A DNA stretch of 64,000 nt from Candidatus Dadabacteria bacterium UBA1144 (GCA_002311855.1 DCAB01000012.1:196112-260111), one strand, 5' to 3'; shown: positions 46,842 to 56,417, counted from the first letter of the stretch. Translations and numbers: made by a program. The notes: generated from the letters alone by a model not told the origin.

Positions 46842-47743
46842 GTTCCACTAATTACTCTATCAATTTTATTTAAATCCCGATAGGATTTAATGTTTTCATA
46901 TCCAGTCGCTTCAAGCAACTGTTTTACGTCGCCTGCTTGGCGGTACCCGACTTCAAGAAAAATCATCCCCCCCTTTTTTAAAGCCTTAGCCCCCCCTAGG
47001 GCAATTTTTCTTATATGAGTTAAGCCATTAGATTTTGAGAAAAGAGCACCTTTCGGCTCATATTTTTTAATTGAAAGGTCCAGCTTTCTATATTCTTCTT
47101 CTGTTACATAGGGAGGGTTTGAAACAATGTAATCAAATTCAATTTTAGGAACATTTTGAAACAAGTTGGAAGAAATTATTTTAGTTTTAGTTTTTAGCCC
47201 CATATTTTTTTGATTCTTCCTGCAGCAATCAAGAGCCTTCTTGCTATTATCGACCAAGAAAATTCTTTTTATATTGGGCGCCTCACCTACAATTGTGAGG
47301 CCAACACAACCACCTCCCGTGCACATGTCTAAACAAACTACCCCGGCAGAAAGATTTTTTTTAATTTCCGCAACCGCAATTTCTACTAATAGTTCGGTAT
47401 CTGGGCGGGGAATAAAAACCCCCCTGGTTATGAAGTAGCTCTTTGAGTAAAAATAACTTGTCTGGCGAACATAGGACATGGGCTCACCATTAAGCCTTCT
47501 TTGTACAAGGAGAAGAAATTTGTCTTTTATGTTTTTTGACACATGGTATTCTGGATGGGCAACCATGCGCTCCAGAGGCATGTCGGAGCAATGCTCTAGC
47601 AACATACTGGCTTCTAGTAGATGGCTTTTGATGCCACCTTTTTTTAGTATGTCTTGGCCTAATTTCAAAACCTGGTTGGTAGCAACACCCATTGTGTGAT
47701 TATATACTATACTGTTTTTTAAAGTTATGAATTTAAATCTCAA
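46829..47743 (-). CDS. prmC: release factor glutamine N5-methyltransferase (PrmC/HemK); true start possibly internal Met at ~47692
   Basis: SAM methyltransferase fold with NPPY (VSNPPYV) and DMCTGGGCVG. Confidence 0.8.
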   Translation of the reverse strand: MRFKFITLKNSIVYNHTMGVATNQVLKLGQDILKKGGIKSHLLEASMLLEHCSDMPLERMVAHPEYHVSKNIKDKFLLLVQRRLNGEPMSYVRQTSYFYSKSYFITRGVFIPRPDTELLVEIAVAEIKKNLSAGVVCLDMCTGGGCVGLTIVGEAPNIKRIFLVDNSKKALDCCRKNQKNMGLKTKTKIISSNLFQNVPKIEFDYIVSNPPYVTEEEYRKLDLSIKKYEPKGALFSKSNGLTHIRKIALGGAKALKKGGMIFLEVGYRQAGDVKQLLEATGYENIKSYRDLNKIDRVISGTWKN

Positions 47744-48422
47744 AAGGAATTTTCAAACCTTCAATAAGGAATTCGAAGAGTATTGTGAGTCAAAAAAAAC
47801 CACAGCGAAATTGATTGCTGTGTCCAAAACAAAACCCTTATCGCAAATCATCGAACTTTATCATCTTGGACAGAGAAGTTTCGCAGAAAACTACGCGCAA
47901 GAATTACGAGATAAAAATATTGACAACTTGAGCGATATAAACGCGGAGTTAGCTTGGCACTTTATCGGACAAATCCAAAAGAATAAAATTAAACATATTG
48001 TTGGCACGGCAACCCTTATTCACACGGTTGATAGCTATGAAAAAGCTGCTTTAATTAATTCCCTTTGTGAACAAAGAAAAATAAAGCAAAATATTTTGTT
48101 ACAAATTAATATTTCTAACGACAAGAAAAAGGCGGGAATTAAAGCGGAAGAAACAAAAACACTAATTAGAAAAATTGCAAATTTAACCGAGATACAGATT
48201 AGGGGGCTTATGACAATAACAGAGTTTTTTGAGGACCCAGAGGAATCTAGGGATTTTTATAAAAATCTAAAATCACTCTCGTTGGAGGTAGAAAGCGAAC
48301 TCCTTTCCAGGCCAGAGCTATCAATGGGAATGAGCAATGATTATAAGGTTGCCATAGATGAGGGGGCAACGATTGTTAGGGTAGGAAGTAAGATTTTTGG
48401 AGAAAGGAAAAAAATATTATAA
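47727..48422 (+). CDS. yggS: YggS-family pyridoxal phosphate homeostasis protein
   Basis: 231 aa alanine-racemase-N-like barrel with a PLP Lys in LIAVSKTKP. Confidence 0.85.
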   Translation: MNLNLKRNFQTFNKEFEEYCESKKTTAKLIAVSKTKPLSQIIELYHLGQRSFAENYAQELRDKNIDNLSDINAELAWHFIGQIQKNKIKHIVGTATLIHTVDSYEKAALINSLCEQRKIKQNILLQINISNDKKKAGIKAEETKTLIRKIANLTEIQIRGLMTITEFFEDPEESRDFYKNLKSLSLEVESELLSRPELSMGMSNDYKVAIDEGATIVRVGSKIFGERKKIL

Positions 48423-48429
48423 TTCAACA

Positions 48430-49260
48430 ATGAGGATAGGAATAATAGGAGCGGGGAACATAGCGACGGCTATCCTGTCGGGCATCTCCTCGACTGACAA
48501 GAATGTTAATATTTGTTGCTCTGATGTAGACCAAAAACAGCTATCAAAAATAAAAAAATCAAAACAGATTTCAACAACACGGAACAATCTTGTTGCGGTC
48601 ACCAAAAGTGATTTGGTGTTTTTGTGTGTTAAGCCAAATGTCATTGAAAAAGTCATGCGAGAAATAAAACCAATCTTTCAGCCCAAACAAATTTTAATAT
48701 CTGTTGCTGCGGGGATTTCCCTGAAAACCCTAGAGAGTTTTTTGGGCAAGGAAAGAAAAATCATCAGGACAATGCCTAACCTTCCATGCCTAGTTGCACG
48801 AGGCGTAATTGGGATGAAAGCAAACAAAAACTGCACCGCCAAAGACAAAAAGATTGCAGAAAAACTAATCTCATCAGTAGGAAAGATTGTTCAGGTAAGA
48901 AGCGACAAAGCCTTTGATTACATAACTGCCATAAGTGGTTCTGGGCCGGCATTTCTTGCTGAGTACATACGAGCTAACATGTCTTTCGCAAAATCAAAAC
49001 GACTAGGCGAAAAAACAAGCAAGGATTTAGTCTTTGAAACCATATCCGGAACGATTGAATTTTTGAAGTATAATGATATAAAGATAGAAAAATTTATATC
49101 GATGGTTGCTTCCCCTGGTGGCACGACGGAAGAGGGATTAAAAAGTTTAAGGAGGAACAATTACACGAAGATAGTTAAAGAGTCCCTTAGGGTGGCAGCA
49201 AAAAGGTCATCAGCAATTAGCAAGAAAGTTGCATCGAAAAGGAAAAAAATAAATGGATAA
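48430..49260 (+). CDS. proC: pyrroline-5-carboxylate reductase (ORF opens at 48397; MRIGIIGAGNIA taken as start)
   Basis: Rossmann N-terminus and a P5CR dimerisation C-terminus (PGGTTEEGL). Confidence 0.85.
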   Translation: MRIGIIGAGNIATAILSGISSTDKNVNICCSDVDQKQLSKIKKSKQISTTRNNLVAVTKSDLVFLCVKPNVIEKVMREIKPIFQPKQILISVAAGISLKTLESFLGKERKIIRTMPNLPCLVARGVIGMKANKNCTAKDKKIAEKLISSVGKIVQVRSDKAFDYITAISGSGPAFLAEYIRANMSFAKSKRLGEKTSKDLVFETISGTIEFLKYNDIKIEKFISMVASPGGTTEEGLKSLRRNNYTKIVKESLRVAAKRSSAISKKVASKRKKING

Positions 49261-49540
49261 TTTTTTATTTGCAATTGCAGGAATTTTGAATTCAATATTC
49301 GATATTTTGTTTTGGTTGATTTTGTTTCGCAGTATTATTTCGTGGGTCAATCCTGATCCATACAACCAAATAGTCCAATTCTTAATAAGAATTACTGAGC
49401 CTGTGCTTGCGCCCATAAGAAATGCAATGCCATACATAGGGGGGGTTGATGTGTCCCCAATTGTCGCAGTTCTTGCTATACATTATTTAGGGAAGGTGTT
49501 TTTGGTCGAATCAATTCGCGATTTGGCTCTAAACTTCTAA
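49253..49540 (+). CDS. yggT: YggT-family membrane protein
   Basis: 95 aa with 2 TM segments, in the conserved yggS-proC-yggT-yggU order; 8-nt overlap with proC. Confidence 0.7.
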   Translation: MDNFLFAIAGILNSIFDILFWLILFRSIISWVNPDPYNQIVQFLIRITEPVLAPIRNAMPYIGGVDVSPIVAVLAIHYLGKVFLVESIRDLALNF

Positions 49541-49542
49541 AA

Positions 49543-49800
49543 TTGAACATATCAGTTCGAGTTAAGCCAAGAGCACGTAAATCCGAAGTGATTTCTTATG
49601 AAGACGACATACTTACTGTTAGAGTTGCGGCCATCCCGCACAAACAACAATCCAACAAAGAGCTCATCAGGGTGCTGTCTGATTTTTTTGATATACCAAA
49701 ATCGAGTATAAGCATAGCAGGTCGTAAATCAAAAATTAAGATTTTACATATTGATCGCAAGACAGAAGATATTACCGGACGCTTGAAAAAACTGTTATAA
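49543..49800 (+). CDS. yggU: DUF167 (YggU) family protein
   Basis: 85 aa with VRVKPRARKSEV...ELIRVLSDFFDIPKSSISI typical of DUF167. Confidence 0.7.
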   Translation: MNISVRVKPRARKSEVISYEDDILTVRVAAIPHKQQSNKELIRVLSDFFDIPKSSISIAGRKSKIKILHIDRKTEDITGRLKKLL

Positions 49801-49846
49801 TTAGGAACTAAAAATAGCAGCCAGTATTTAATAATAGGAGACGAAA

Positions 49847-50503
49847 ATGAAAATAAGTTTATTAGGTGGAACAGGGGCATTTGCCGAAGGCTTAGTTATT
49901 AGATGGTCACAGGCAGGGCATGATATTTTTATTGGTTCGAGAAGCGAGGAAAAAGCACAAGGCATAACAAACGACATGCTTGAAAAGGCTAAGTCAGTTG
50001 GCATCGATGCAAACATTACTGGTCTCGTTAACGCAGAAGCGGCGAAAGAAACCGAGATAGTTGTTGTTTGTTTGCCCCACGAACACACATCCTCAACACT
50101 TGAAGGAATTAAAGATTCGTTTACAAATCAAATTGTAATTTCACCAGTTGTACCGATGAAAAAAGAGGGCGATTTTTTCTTGTTTGATCAGCCACCTTTA
50201 GGCTCGGCAGTTGCGGAAATTAAAGCGGTCCTTCCTGATACGGTAAAAATTGTAAGCGCTTATCACAACATCCCAGCTAAGGGATTGGCCAATCTCGACA
50301 AACCCTTAGATTACGATGTGGCAATCTGTGGAGATGACGAAGAGTCGAAAAAGGTAGTAAAACAATTAACCGAACAAATGCCAAACTTAAGACCAATCGA
50401 TGCTGGACCACTCCAACTCTCAGGTATGATCGAGTCGATAACACCCTTGATTATAAACATGAACATCAAACACAAACATGAGTTCTCCATCAAATTTGTT
50501 TGA
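49847..50503 (+). CDS. NADPH-dependent F420 reductase (Fno/Npd-like) family oxidoreductase
   Basis: 218 aa; MKISLLGGTGAFAEGLVIRWSQAGHDIFIGSRSEEKAQ closely parallels the Fno N-terminus (MKIAVLGGTGDQG...IGSRDAEKA). Has a Rossmann fold plus an F420-binding-like C-terminal half. Confidence 0.65.
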   Translation: MKISLLGGTGAFAEGLVIRWSQAGHDIFIGSRSEEKAQGITNDMLEKAKSVGIDANITGLVNAEAAKETEIVVVCLPHEHTSSTLEGIKDSFTNQIVISPVVPMKKEGDFFLFDQPPLGSAVAEIKAVLPDTVKIVSAYHNIPAKGLANLDKPLDYDVAICGDDEESKKVVKQLTEQMPNLRPIDAGPLQLSGMIESITPLIINMNIKHKHEFSIKFV

Positions 50504-50667
50504 TGGCTTGTCGGATGGATCGGATATGATAAATAAAAAAACCACCTTGGAGAGGAAGCTAGACAACATAAATCACACAATAGAACCAATTCGAACAATT
50601 GTTCCAATTGCAATACTAATTATTCAGAGCATAATTTTGATTAAATTATTTAATCAAGGAGAATCAA

Positions 50668-50973
50668 ATGGCAAAATCAATTAGGCCCCTAGGGGATAAG
50701 GTTTTAGTAAAGAGAATGGATGTGGCGGAGAAAACGGAGGGGGGCATTATAATTCCTGAAAGTTCCACAGAAAAGCCCTTAGAAGGAACCGTTGTTGCCG
50801 TGGGCAAAGGAAGAGTGGACGAAAAAGGCAAAACTATTCCTTTGACTCTTAAAAAAGGGGACAAAATTCTTTTTAATAAATATGGAGAATCTGAAATTTC
50901 TTTTGAAAACGAAGAACTTCTAATACTCGAAGAAGCCGATGTTTTAGCGGTTCTTATAAATACTGCTAAGTAA
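50668..50973 (+). CDS. groES: co-chaperonin GroES (no groEL follows)
   Basis: 101 aa with IRPLGDKVLVKR...EGGIIIPESSTEKP mobile-loop and roof motifs, preceded by an AGGAG RBS. The 3' end overlaps the convergent cofC-like gene by about 30 nt. Confidence 0.9.
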   Translation: MAKSIRPLGDKVLVKRMDVAEKTEGGIIIPESSTEKPLEGTVVAVGKGRVDEKGKTIPLTLKKGDKILFNKYGESEISFENEELLILEEADVLAVLINTAK

Positions 50974-51588
50974 ATACTTGGTAGTCAGATTTCTTACTTT
51001 GGAAGATCTAAGTTTTGTTAGGTCATCTACGCAATCTATATCAAGAGCGATATTGCTATTTTTAATTACCGAGTACCGGGTCTTAGTTTCTTTGAAAGCC
51101 TCAATGTGTTTTTTTAGGCTATTAGAGCCGAAAAATGAGGGAATCACATTCGGGGGGCTTCGCAATATAGCATTTGTTCCTGTGCCGCTTATCGAAGGAA
51201 CGATGACACACGAATTGTTTGTTAGAGCAAAATTAAAAATTTCATCGATATCCTTAGATTGAACGAGAGGAATATCGCTAGGAATTCGTAATACTCTTTC
51301 TCCACCTAATGAGGCAAGGTGTTTGGATGCCCAGTCAACGGAAACATTCTCATTTACTTGGCTTGTTTCCACAAGAACCTCAATCCCAATCTTGTTTGCC
51401 ATTCTTATTGCCTCTTCGTCTTTTGTCACGATAAAATTTTTATCTGAAACTTTCGATTTTTTTACTTGCCATAAAACATCTTCGAGCATGCACCGTACGA
51501 GACTAAAGGTAGCTGTACCAGATAAATCTTCTCTTATGCGAGACTTTGCCTCTTTAAAGTTTTTAAAGGGAACGATAGTAAAATTCAT
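50944..51588 (-). CDS. cofC: 2-phospho-L-lactate guanylyltransferase-like (CofC/FbiD family) nucleotidyltransferase
   Basis: 214 aa; MNFTIVPFKNFKEAKSRI, IPSDIPLVQSKDIDEI, SGTGTNAIL and ALDIDCVDDL match the CofC pattern (IIPxK..., PADIP, GGGTN, DIDTPEDL). Confidence 0.6.
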   Translation of the reverse strand: MNFTIVPFKNFKEAKSRIREDLSGTATFSLVRCMLEDVLWQVKKSKVSDKNFIVTKDEEAIRMANKIGIEVLVETSQVNENVSVDWASKHLASLGGERVLRIPSDIPLVQSKDIDEIFNFALTNNSCVIVPSISGTGTNAILRSPPNVIPSFFGSNSLKKHIEAFKETKTRYSVIKNSNIALDIDCVDDLTKLRSSKVRNLTTKYLLSSIYKNR

Positions 51589-51719
51589 AACTATTATTAC
51601 TTCCCCCGCCGAAAATTTCCTTTTTAGTAGCCATAGTATTTAACCAAAAATAATTTAATAATTATCTAAAGCTGAGATTATTATAAACTAGTCATACACA
51701 GGTTTGATACAATAAAATT

Positions 51720-52478
51720 ATGAGAATATTTTCTTGGAACGTAAACGGAATTAGAGCGGCTAAGAAAAAGGGATTCCTGAAGTTTATTAAAAAATTCAAT
51801 CCCGATATTTTGTGTCTACAAGAAATCAAAGCAGAAGAGTCCCAGCTTCCTGAAGACTTGATCAACATACTAGGCTATTTTTCATATTTTAATTCAGCCA
51901 AAACTAAAAAAGGCTATTCAGGGGTTGCTATTTATTCGAAAATAAAACCGACTTCTTTCAGCACAAGCCTAGGTGCGGAGGAAGAGTTTGACCTGGAGGG
52001 AAGGAGCTTCATTTTGTACTACGAAGACTTCGTGCTTTTAAATTTTTATTTCCCTAATGGACAAATGAACGAAGAAAGATTGGATTACAAACTGAGATTT
52101 CATGAGGCAGTTTATAATTTTACTTCGAAGCTTAAACGGAAGAAAAAGAGTATAATTGTCTGCGGAGATTACAATATAGCTCACAATGAAATTGATTTAA
52201 AACACCCAAAAGCGAATGAAAGAACCTCGGGTTTTCTACGAATTGAAAGAGATTGGCTAGATCGATTTCAAGAAAAAGGCTTTGTTGATACTTTTCGGTA
52301 TTTTTATCCTGAAGAGATTAAATATTCCTGGTGGACATATATGCGAAACGCGAGACAAAACAACGTTGGTTGGAGGATAGATTATTTTTGGGTTTCTGAC
52401 ATTTCGAAAATCAAAGGAGCCAAAATTCACAACGAGATTCTTGGTTCGGATCATTGTCCCGTTTCCATTGAGCTTTAA
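51720..52478 (+). CDS. xth: exodeoxyribonuclease III
   Basis: 252 aa EEP nuclease with MRIFSWNVNGIRA, LCLQEIK and C-terminal SDHCPV. Confidence 0.9.
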   Translation: MRIFSWNVNGIRAAKKKGFLKFIKKFNPDILCLQEIKAEESQLPEDLINILGYFSYFNSAKTKKGYSGVAIYSKIKPTSFSTSLGAEEEFDLEGRSFILYYEDFVLLNFYFPNGQMNEERLDYKLRFHEAVYNFTSKLKRKKKSIIVCGDYNIAHNEIDLKHPKANERTSGFLRIERDWLDRFQEKGFVDTFRYFYPEEIKYSWWTYMRNARQNNVGWRIDYFWVSDISKIKGAKIHNEILGSDHCPVSIEL

Positions 52479-52487
52479 GGAAAAGAT

Positions 52488-53849
52488 TTATTGAGAATCA
52501 AAATTATCCAAATGGTCATCTGCAAGATTCTCAAAGCTAGGCACGCCTTGGCTGTCAAGAAATGCTAAAGAAACCGTCCCAGTGGGGCCATTTCTTTGTT
52601 TGCCAATTATAACTTCAGCAAGACCATCTCTTTCCTCAACGTTCCTCTTGTAAGCATCTGCCCTATGAAGAAACAAAACCATATCTGCATCCTGCTCTAA
52701 TGCCCCGCTTTCTCGTAAATCGGAGAGTTGTGGCTTTTTGTCTGTTCTTGATTCAGTTTGTCTGCTTAATTGAGAAATTGCTATGATTGGAATTTTAAGT
52801 TCTTTGGCTAAGGCCTTAAGGGAGGAAGATATGTCTGCAATTTCTCTTTCTCTGCTTTCCGACCCCTTAGCTCCTCTCATAAGCTGTAGGTAATCAACAA
52901 CTAAAAGGTCAATTCCTTTGTCGCTTTTAAGCCTTCTTGTTCTTGCTCTTAGCTCAAGTGCATTAATAGCTGGGGTGTCATCTATATAAATACTTGCTCC
53001 TTGCAATGTGGCCGCAGCATCAACTACTTTCTTAAATTCTGAGTCGGACAGAAAACCAGTTCTAATTTTTGAGAAATTTATTTTTGATTGTGCGGAAAGC
53101 ATTCTCATCATTAGCATCTCTTTTGTCATCTCTAGTGAAAAAAAAGCAATGTTTAAACCATGTATTAATCCAGCATGCATAAGAACGTTCAAACCAAAAG
53201 CGGTCTTTCCCATACCAGGTCTGGCGGCCAATATAATCAAATCTGCACTTTGGAAACCGGCAGTTTTTTGGTCCAATTTTTTAAAACCGCTTGCTATGCC
53301 AGTTATTGCCTCTTTTCTTTTAGTTAGCCCCTCAATGATTTTGATAGCCTCTGTAGCCAGCTCCCTTGTGGAAAAAAATCCTACCCTGTGCTTGTCTTGA
53401 GTTATATTAAATAATTTTTTCTCTGCCTGGTCTATAAAATCATCAACAACAATTTGATCCATTTGTCCTTCTCTTATGATTTCCAACGCGGTTTTAATCA
53501 TGCTGCGTAAAATTGATTTTTCTTTTACAGATTTTGCATAAAAAGCTACGTTTGAGGCACTAGGAACAATTTCAACGAGTTGAGTCAAATAAGAGCTACC
53601 ACCAACATCTTGCAGCAAGGACTTCTTTGATTTTAATTTTTCATATAAGGTCAAAACATCTATGGGTGTGTTTTCAAAATCCAAATCGACCATCGCTGAA
53701 AATATCTTTCTATGGTTGTCGTTATAAAAATCATTTACTGTAAGTTCTTCAAGCGCTAAATTTATAGCATGTTCGTCCAACAGTATGGATCCCAATACTG
53801 CTTGTTCTGCTTCTTTGTTTTGAGGCAATGATTTAATGTCGTTAGCCAT
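52488..53849 (-). CDS. dnaB: replicative DNA helicase DnaB
   Basis: 453 aa with an N-terminal DnaB domain, Walker A GARPGMGKTAF and Walker B/arginine finger motifs. Confidence 0.9.
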   Translation of the reverse strand: MANDIKSLPQNKEAEQAVLGSILLDEHAINLALEELTVNDFYNDNHRKIFSAMVDLDFENTPIDVLTLYEKLKSKKSLLQDVGGSSYLTQLVEIVPSASNVAFYAKSVKEKSILRSMIKTALEIIREGQMDQIVVDDFIDQAEKKLFNITQDKHRVGFFSTRELATEAIKIIEGLTKRKEAITGIASGFKKLDQKTAGFQSADLIILAARPGMGKTAFGLNVLMHAGLIHGLNIAFFSLEMTKEMLMMRMLSAQSKINFSKIRTGFLSDSEFKKVVDAAATLQGASIYIDDTPAINALELRARTRRLKSDKGIDLLVVDYLQLMRGAKGSESREREIADISSSLKALAKELKIPIIAISQLSRQTESRTDKKPQLSDLRESGALEQDADMVLFLHRADAYKRNVEERDGLAEVIIGKQRNGPTGTVSLAFLDSQGVPSFENLADDHLDNFDSQ

Positions 53850-53996
53850 ATATAAATCTTATAACAATTACTTTCCTAAATATACCCTCGTTATTTAACC
53901 CTTTATTATCAATACTTTTATGAGTTCTAAACCCCCACGAGGACGAAACGTAAACTTTTCTGTCTCGTAATCTTACATTTTTGATATGATTTATGT

Positions 53997-54230
53997 ATGG
54001 CAAAATTAACTGATAAAAATCGATTGTCATTAATTTATCCCGATATAGCAAAACAGTGGCATCCAACTAAAAATGGTGATTTAAGACCAGAGAATTTTAC
54101 TAAGAGATCAGGGAAAAAAGTATGGTGGAAATGTCCAAAAGGAGATGACCACGAATGGGACGCAACGATAAACAACAGAACAAATGGACAAGGATGTCCT
54201 TTGTGTATAGGACGGAAACCAGTCAATTAG
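53997..54230 (+). CDS. small orphan protein with treble-clef zinc-ribbon (DUF4379-like) motif
   Basis: 77 aa with WHPTKNG...VWWKCPKGDDHEW...RTNGQGCPLC, the W-x-C-x(2,3)-G-H-E-W...G-C-P-x-C pattern of the probable zinc-ribbon domain. Confidence 0.5.
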   Translation: MAKLTDKNRLSLIYPDIAKQWHPTKNGDLRPENFTKRSGKKVWWKCPKGDDHEWDATINNRTNGQGCPLCIGRKPVN

Positions 54231-54316
54231 TTTGTACACACTTTGACTGTTGTAATGCTTTCCCTTGCCCCTGTAACTCAATGGATAGAGTGAGTGTTTC
54301 CTAATCAAATACCGGG

Positions 54317-55633
54317 TTATTTATCAATCAAAATGATGGCAATGTCGTTTACATTCGTACCTGTTGGACCAGTAATTTTCAAATCCCCAGCTTTTTTAAA
54401 AAATCCGTAAGAATCATTGTTGAACAACGAGTCTTTTGCGCTTACACCATTTTCTCTAGCTTTTATTCTGCTCTTTCCGTTGCAATAAGCACCTGCTGCA
54501 TCAGTAGGACCATCTATTCCATCGGTACCAGCAAAAAGAGCATTTATTTTTGATTCGTTAGTGATGTCAATTGAAAAGGCTAAAGCAAGTTCCGTGTTCC
54601 TCCCCCCACTCCCACTTCCCTTAACGGTAACGGCTGTTTCCCCTCCGACGATTACACAAGCAGGCTTTGGAATCGGAATATTGGAGGTTTTTATCTCCAT
54701 TGCTATTGAAGCTAGAGTTTTTGCAACAATTCTTGCTTCACCTCTAATTTGAGAAGTCAGTATAATTGAATTATACCCAAGACTTTCAGCATGCTGTTTC
54801 GCGGCACTCAAACTAGAAAGGTTGTTGCCAACTACAATTGTATTATGCGAGGAATATTTTTTTTTCTTTCGGTCGTCTTTTAGTGGATTTTCTAAATTTA
54901 TAACAACTCTGGGCGGCAATTTGTTTTCGATTCCAAGTTCACAAATCTCCCTCCACGCATCGCTTGCTATAGATTTATCAGGAAGAGTAGGACCCGATGC
55001 TATTACACGAATTCGATCACCAACGACATCTGAAAGAATCAAAGTTATAACTTCAGAGGGGAAAGAAGCCTCAAGCAAGCCACCACCTTTGATTCTAGAA
55101 ATTTTTTTTCTTACGGTATTAAGAGTTTCTGTGTCCACACCTGATTTTAATAGAATACTCGTGGTGATTTTTTTATCTTCTAAGGACACGCCTCTGTCAG
55201 GGAGCGCGATAATGGAACTTCCCCCACCGGAAATTAAAAACAAAACTAAATCATTTTTTTTTGTTGTTGATAACAATTCCAATATAGCGTTAGCGGCCTT
55301 TACGCTTCTTTCGTCAGGAACGGGATGAGAAGACAAAATAAACTTAAAATTAGAGATATTTTTTTTTGGTCTAGTATTTGAAACAACAATCCCGCCAGTT
55401 ATTTTTTTCCCCAATGCCTTGTTGGCACCCCTTGCCATTTCAGTGGCCGCCTTTCCAAGGCTAATCAAAAGAATTCTTTTGTAAAAATCTAAATTATATT
55501 TTTTTTTACCCACGTGTAGAACGTTCTGTTCTACAATTAAATATTTTGACACACATTTAATTGGGTCTGCTGCCTCAAGCGCAGAAGAATAAATCTTATC
55601 AAGTTTGTTTTTGTAAAATTTAGAAACTATCAT
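54317..55633 (-). CDS. glycerate kinase, MOFRL family (GckA/TtuD-like)
   Basis: 438 aa with a DUF4147 N-terminal domain and a MOFRL C-terminal domain (LFLISGGGSS, GTDGIDGPTDAAGA). Confidence 0.8.
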   Translation of the reverse strand: MIVSKFYKNKLDKIYSSALEAADPIKCVSKYLIVEQNVLHVGKKKYNLDFYKRILLISLGKAATEMARGANKALGKKITGGIVVSNTRPKKNISNFKFILSSHPVPDERSVKAANAILELLSTTKKNDLVLFLISGGGSSIIALPDRGVSLEDKKITTSILLKSGVDTETLNTVRKKISRIKGGGLLEASFPSEVITLILSDVVGDRIRVIASGPTLPDKSIASDAWREICELGIENKLPPRVVINLENPLKDDRKKKKYSSHNTIVVGNNLSSLSAAKQHAESLGYNSIILTSQIRGEARIVAKTLASIAMEIKTSNIPIPKPACVIVGGETAVTVKGSGSGGRNTELALAFSIDITNESKINALFAGTDGIDGPTDAAGAYCNGKSRIKARENGVSAKDSLFNNDSYGFFKKAGDLKITGPTGTNVNDIAIILIDK

Positions 55634-56357
55634 CCCTGACCCCCAAATAGGGCTTTAGATATTTTACACCAATATAGAAGAATGGAGTATCAAAAAGAGC
55701 AAAGATAAACTTAAATATGTATGCGTATCCAATTAAAGCGAATAATCCCTCAACGACACTTTTTCCTTCTTGTAACGGAAGTGAGTGTGTTAAGAAATGT
55801 GAAATGAGTATCACGGAAATTGTATCAATTAATTGACTTGTCATCGTAGAGGCATTATTCCTTAGCCACAAATACCTACCTTTTGTTAGTTTTTTAAAAA
55901 AATGAAATATAAGCACATCAGAATACTGTGCGAGAAAATATGCAATCATTGAAGCGACTATAATTCCCAGCGATAATGCCCTTATTGTCATAAAAGCATT
56001 ATTTGATGTTTCACTTAGACTAGTTGATGTAAAACCAGGTAGGGCTCCGCCAATCCAGATGATAAAAGCAAGCCAAATATTTACAATTAACCCCGCCCAG
56101 ACAACACGAGATGCCTTTTCCCGGCCATATAGCTCAGATATGAAATCGGTGCACAAAAAAGTTATTGGATATGGCAGAACCCCAATAGCCACAATCATAG
56201 GAACGTTTGTTCCAAAAAAAACAAAACTAAGATCCAAGAACCTAGAAATTCCCAATATGTTCAGCATTGTCATGGATGAGATAAAGATTGATGAGAGTAT
56301 TACAAACACGAAAACCCGTCTTTTTTTGAACGTTGCTTGTGAGATCTGCGAACTCAT
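55620..56357 (-). CDS. yhhQ: queuosine-precursor transporter (YhhQ/DUF165, VUT family)
   Basis: 245 aa multi-TM protein with PYPITFLCTDFISELYG. Confidence 0.8.
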   Translation of the reverse strand: MSSQISQATFKKRRVFVFVILSSIFISSMTMLNILGISRFLDLSFVFFGTNVPMIVAIGVLPYPITFLCTDFISELYGREKASRVVWAGLIVNIWLAFIIWIGGALPGFTSTSLSETSNNAFMTIRALSLGIIVASMIAYFLAQYSDVLIFHFFKKLTKGRYLWLRNNASTMTSQLIDTISVILISHFLTHSLPLQEGKSVVEGLFALIGYAYIFKFIFALFDTPFFYIGVKYLKPYLGVRDDSF

Positions 56358-56417
56358 GGTCCCAATAGATTACCATTCTTGAAAGTCTTTTTTGACATGA
56401 TAAACTCAAAGTCCATT

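Noticed and set aside
50478-50684. 68-aa ORF between the Fno-like gene and groES
   Set aside because: Overlaps both neighbours and has no RBS or recognisable domain. Kept only as a note under the groES upstream finding.
50974-52500. Expected groEL downstream of groES
   Set aside because: Sequence after groES encodes a convergent CofC-like gene and then xth; no GroEL-like translation (e.g. GGM repeats, AAVEEG) in any frame here.
54231-54316. Possible complete tRNA next to the Zn-ribbon gene
   Set aside because: Only the acceptor/D-arm half folds; the anticodon stem does not pair and no T-arm (GTTCNANNC) follows, so it is reported as a fragment, not a tRNA gene.
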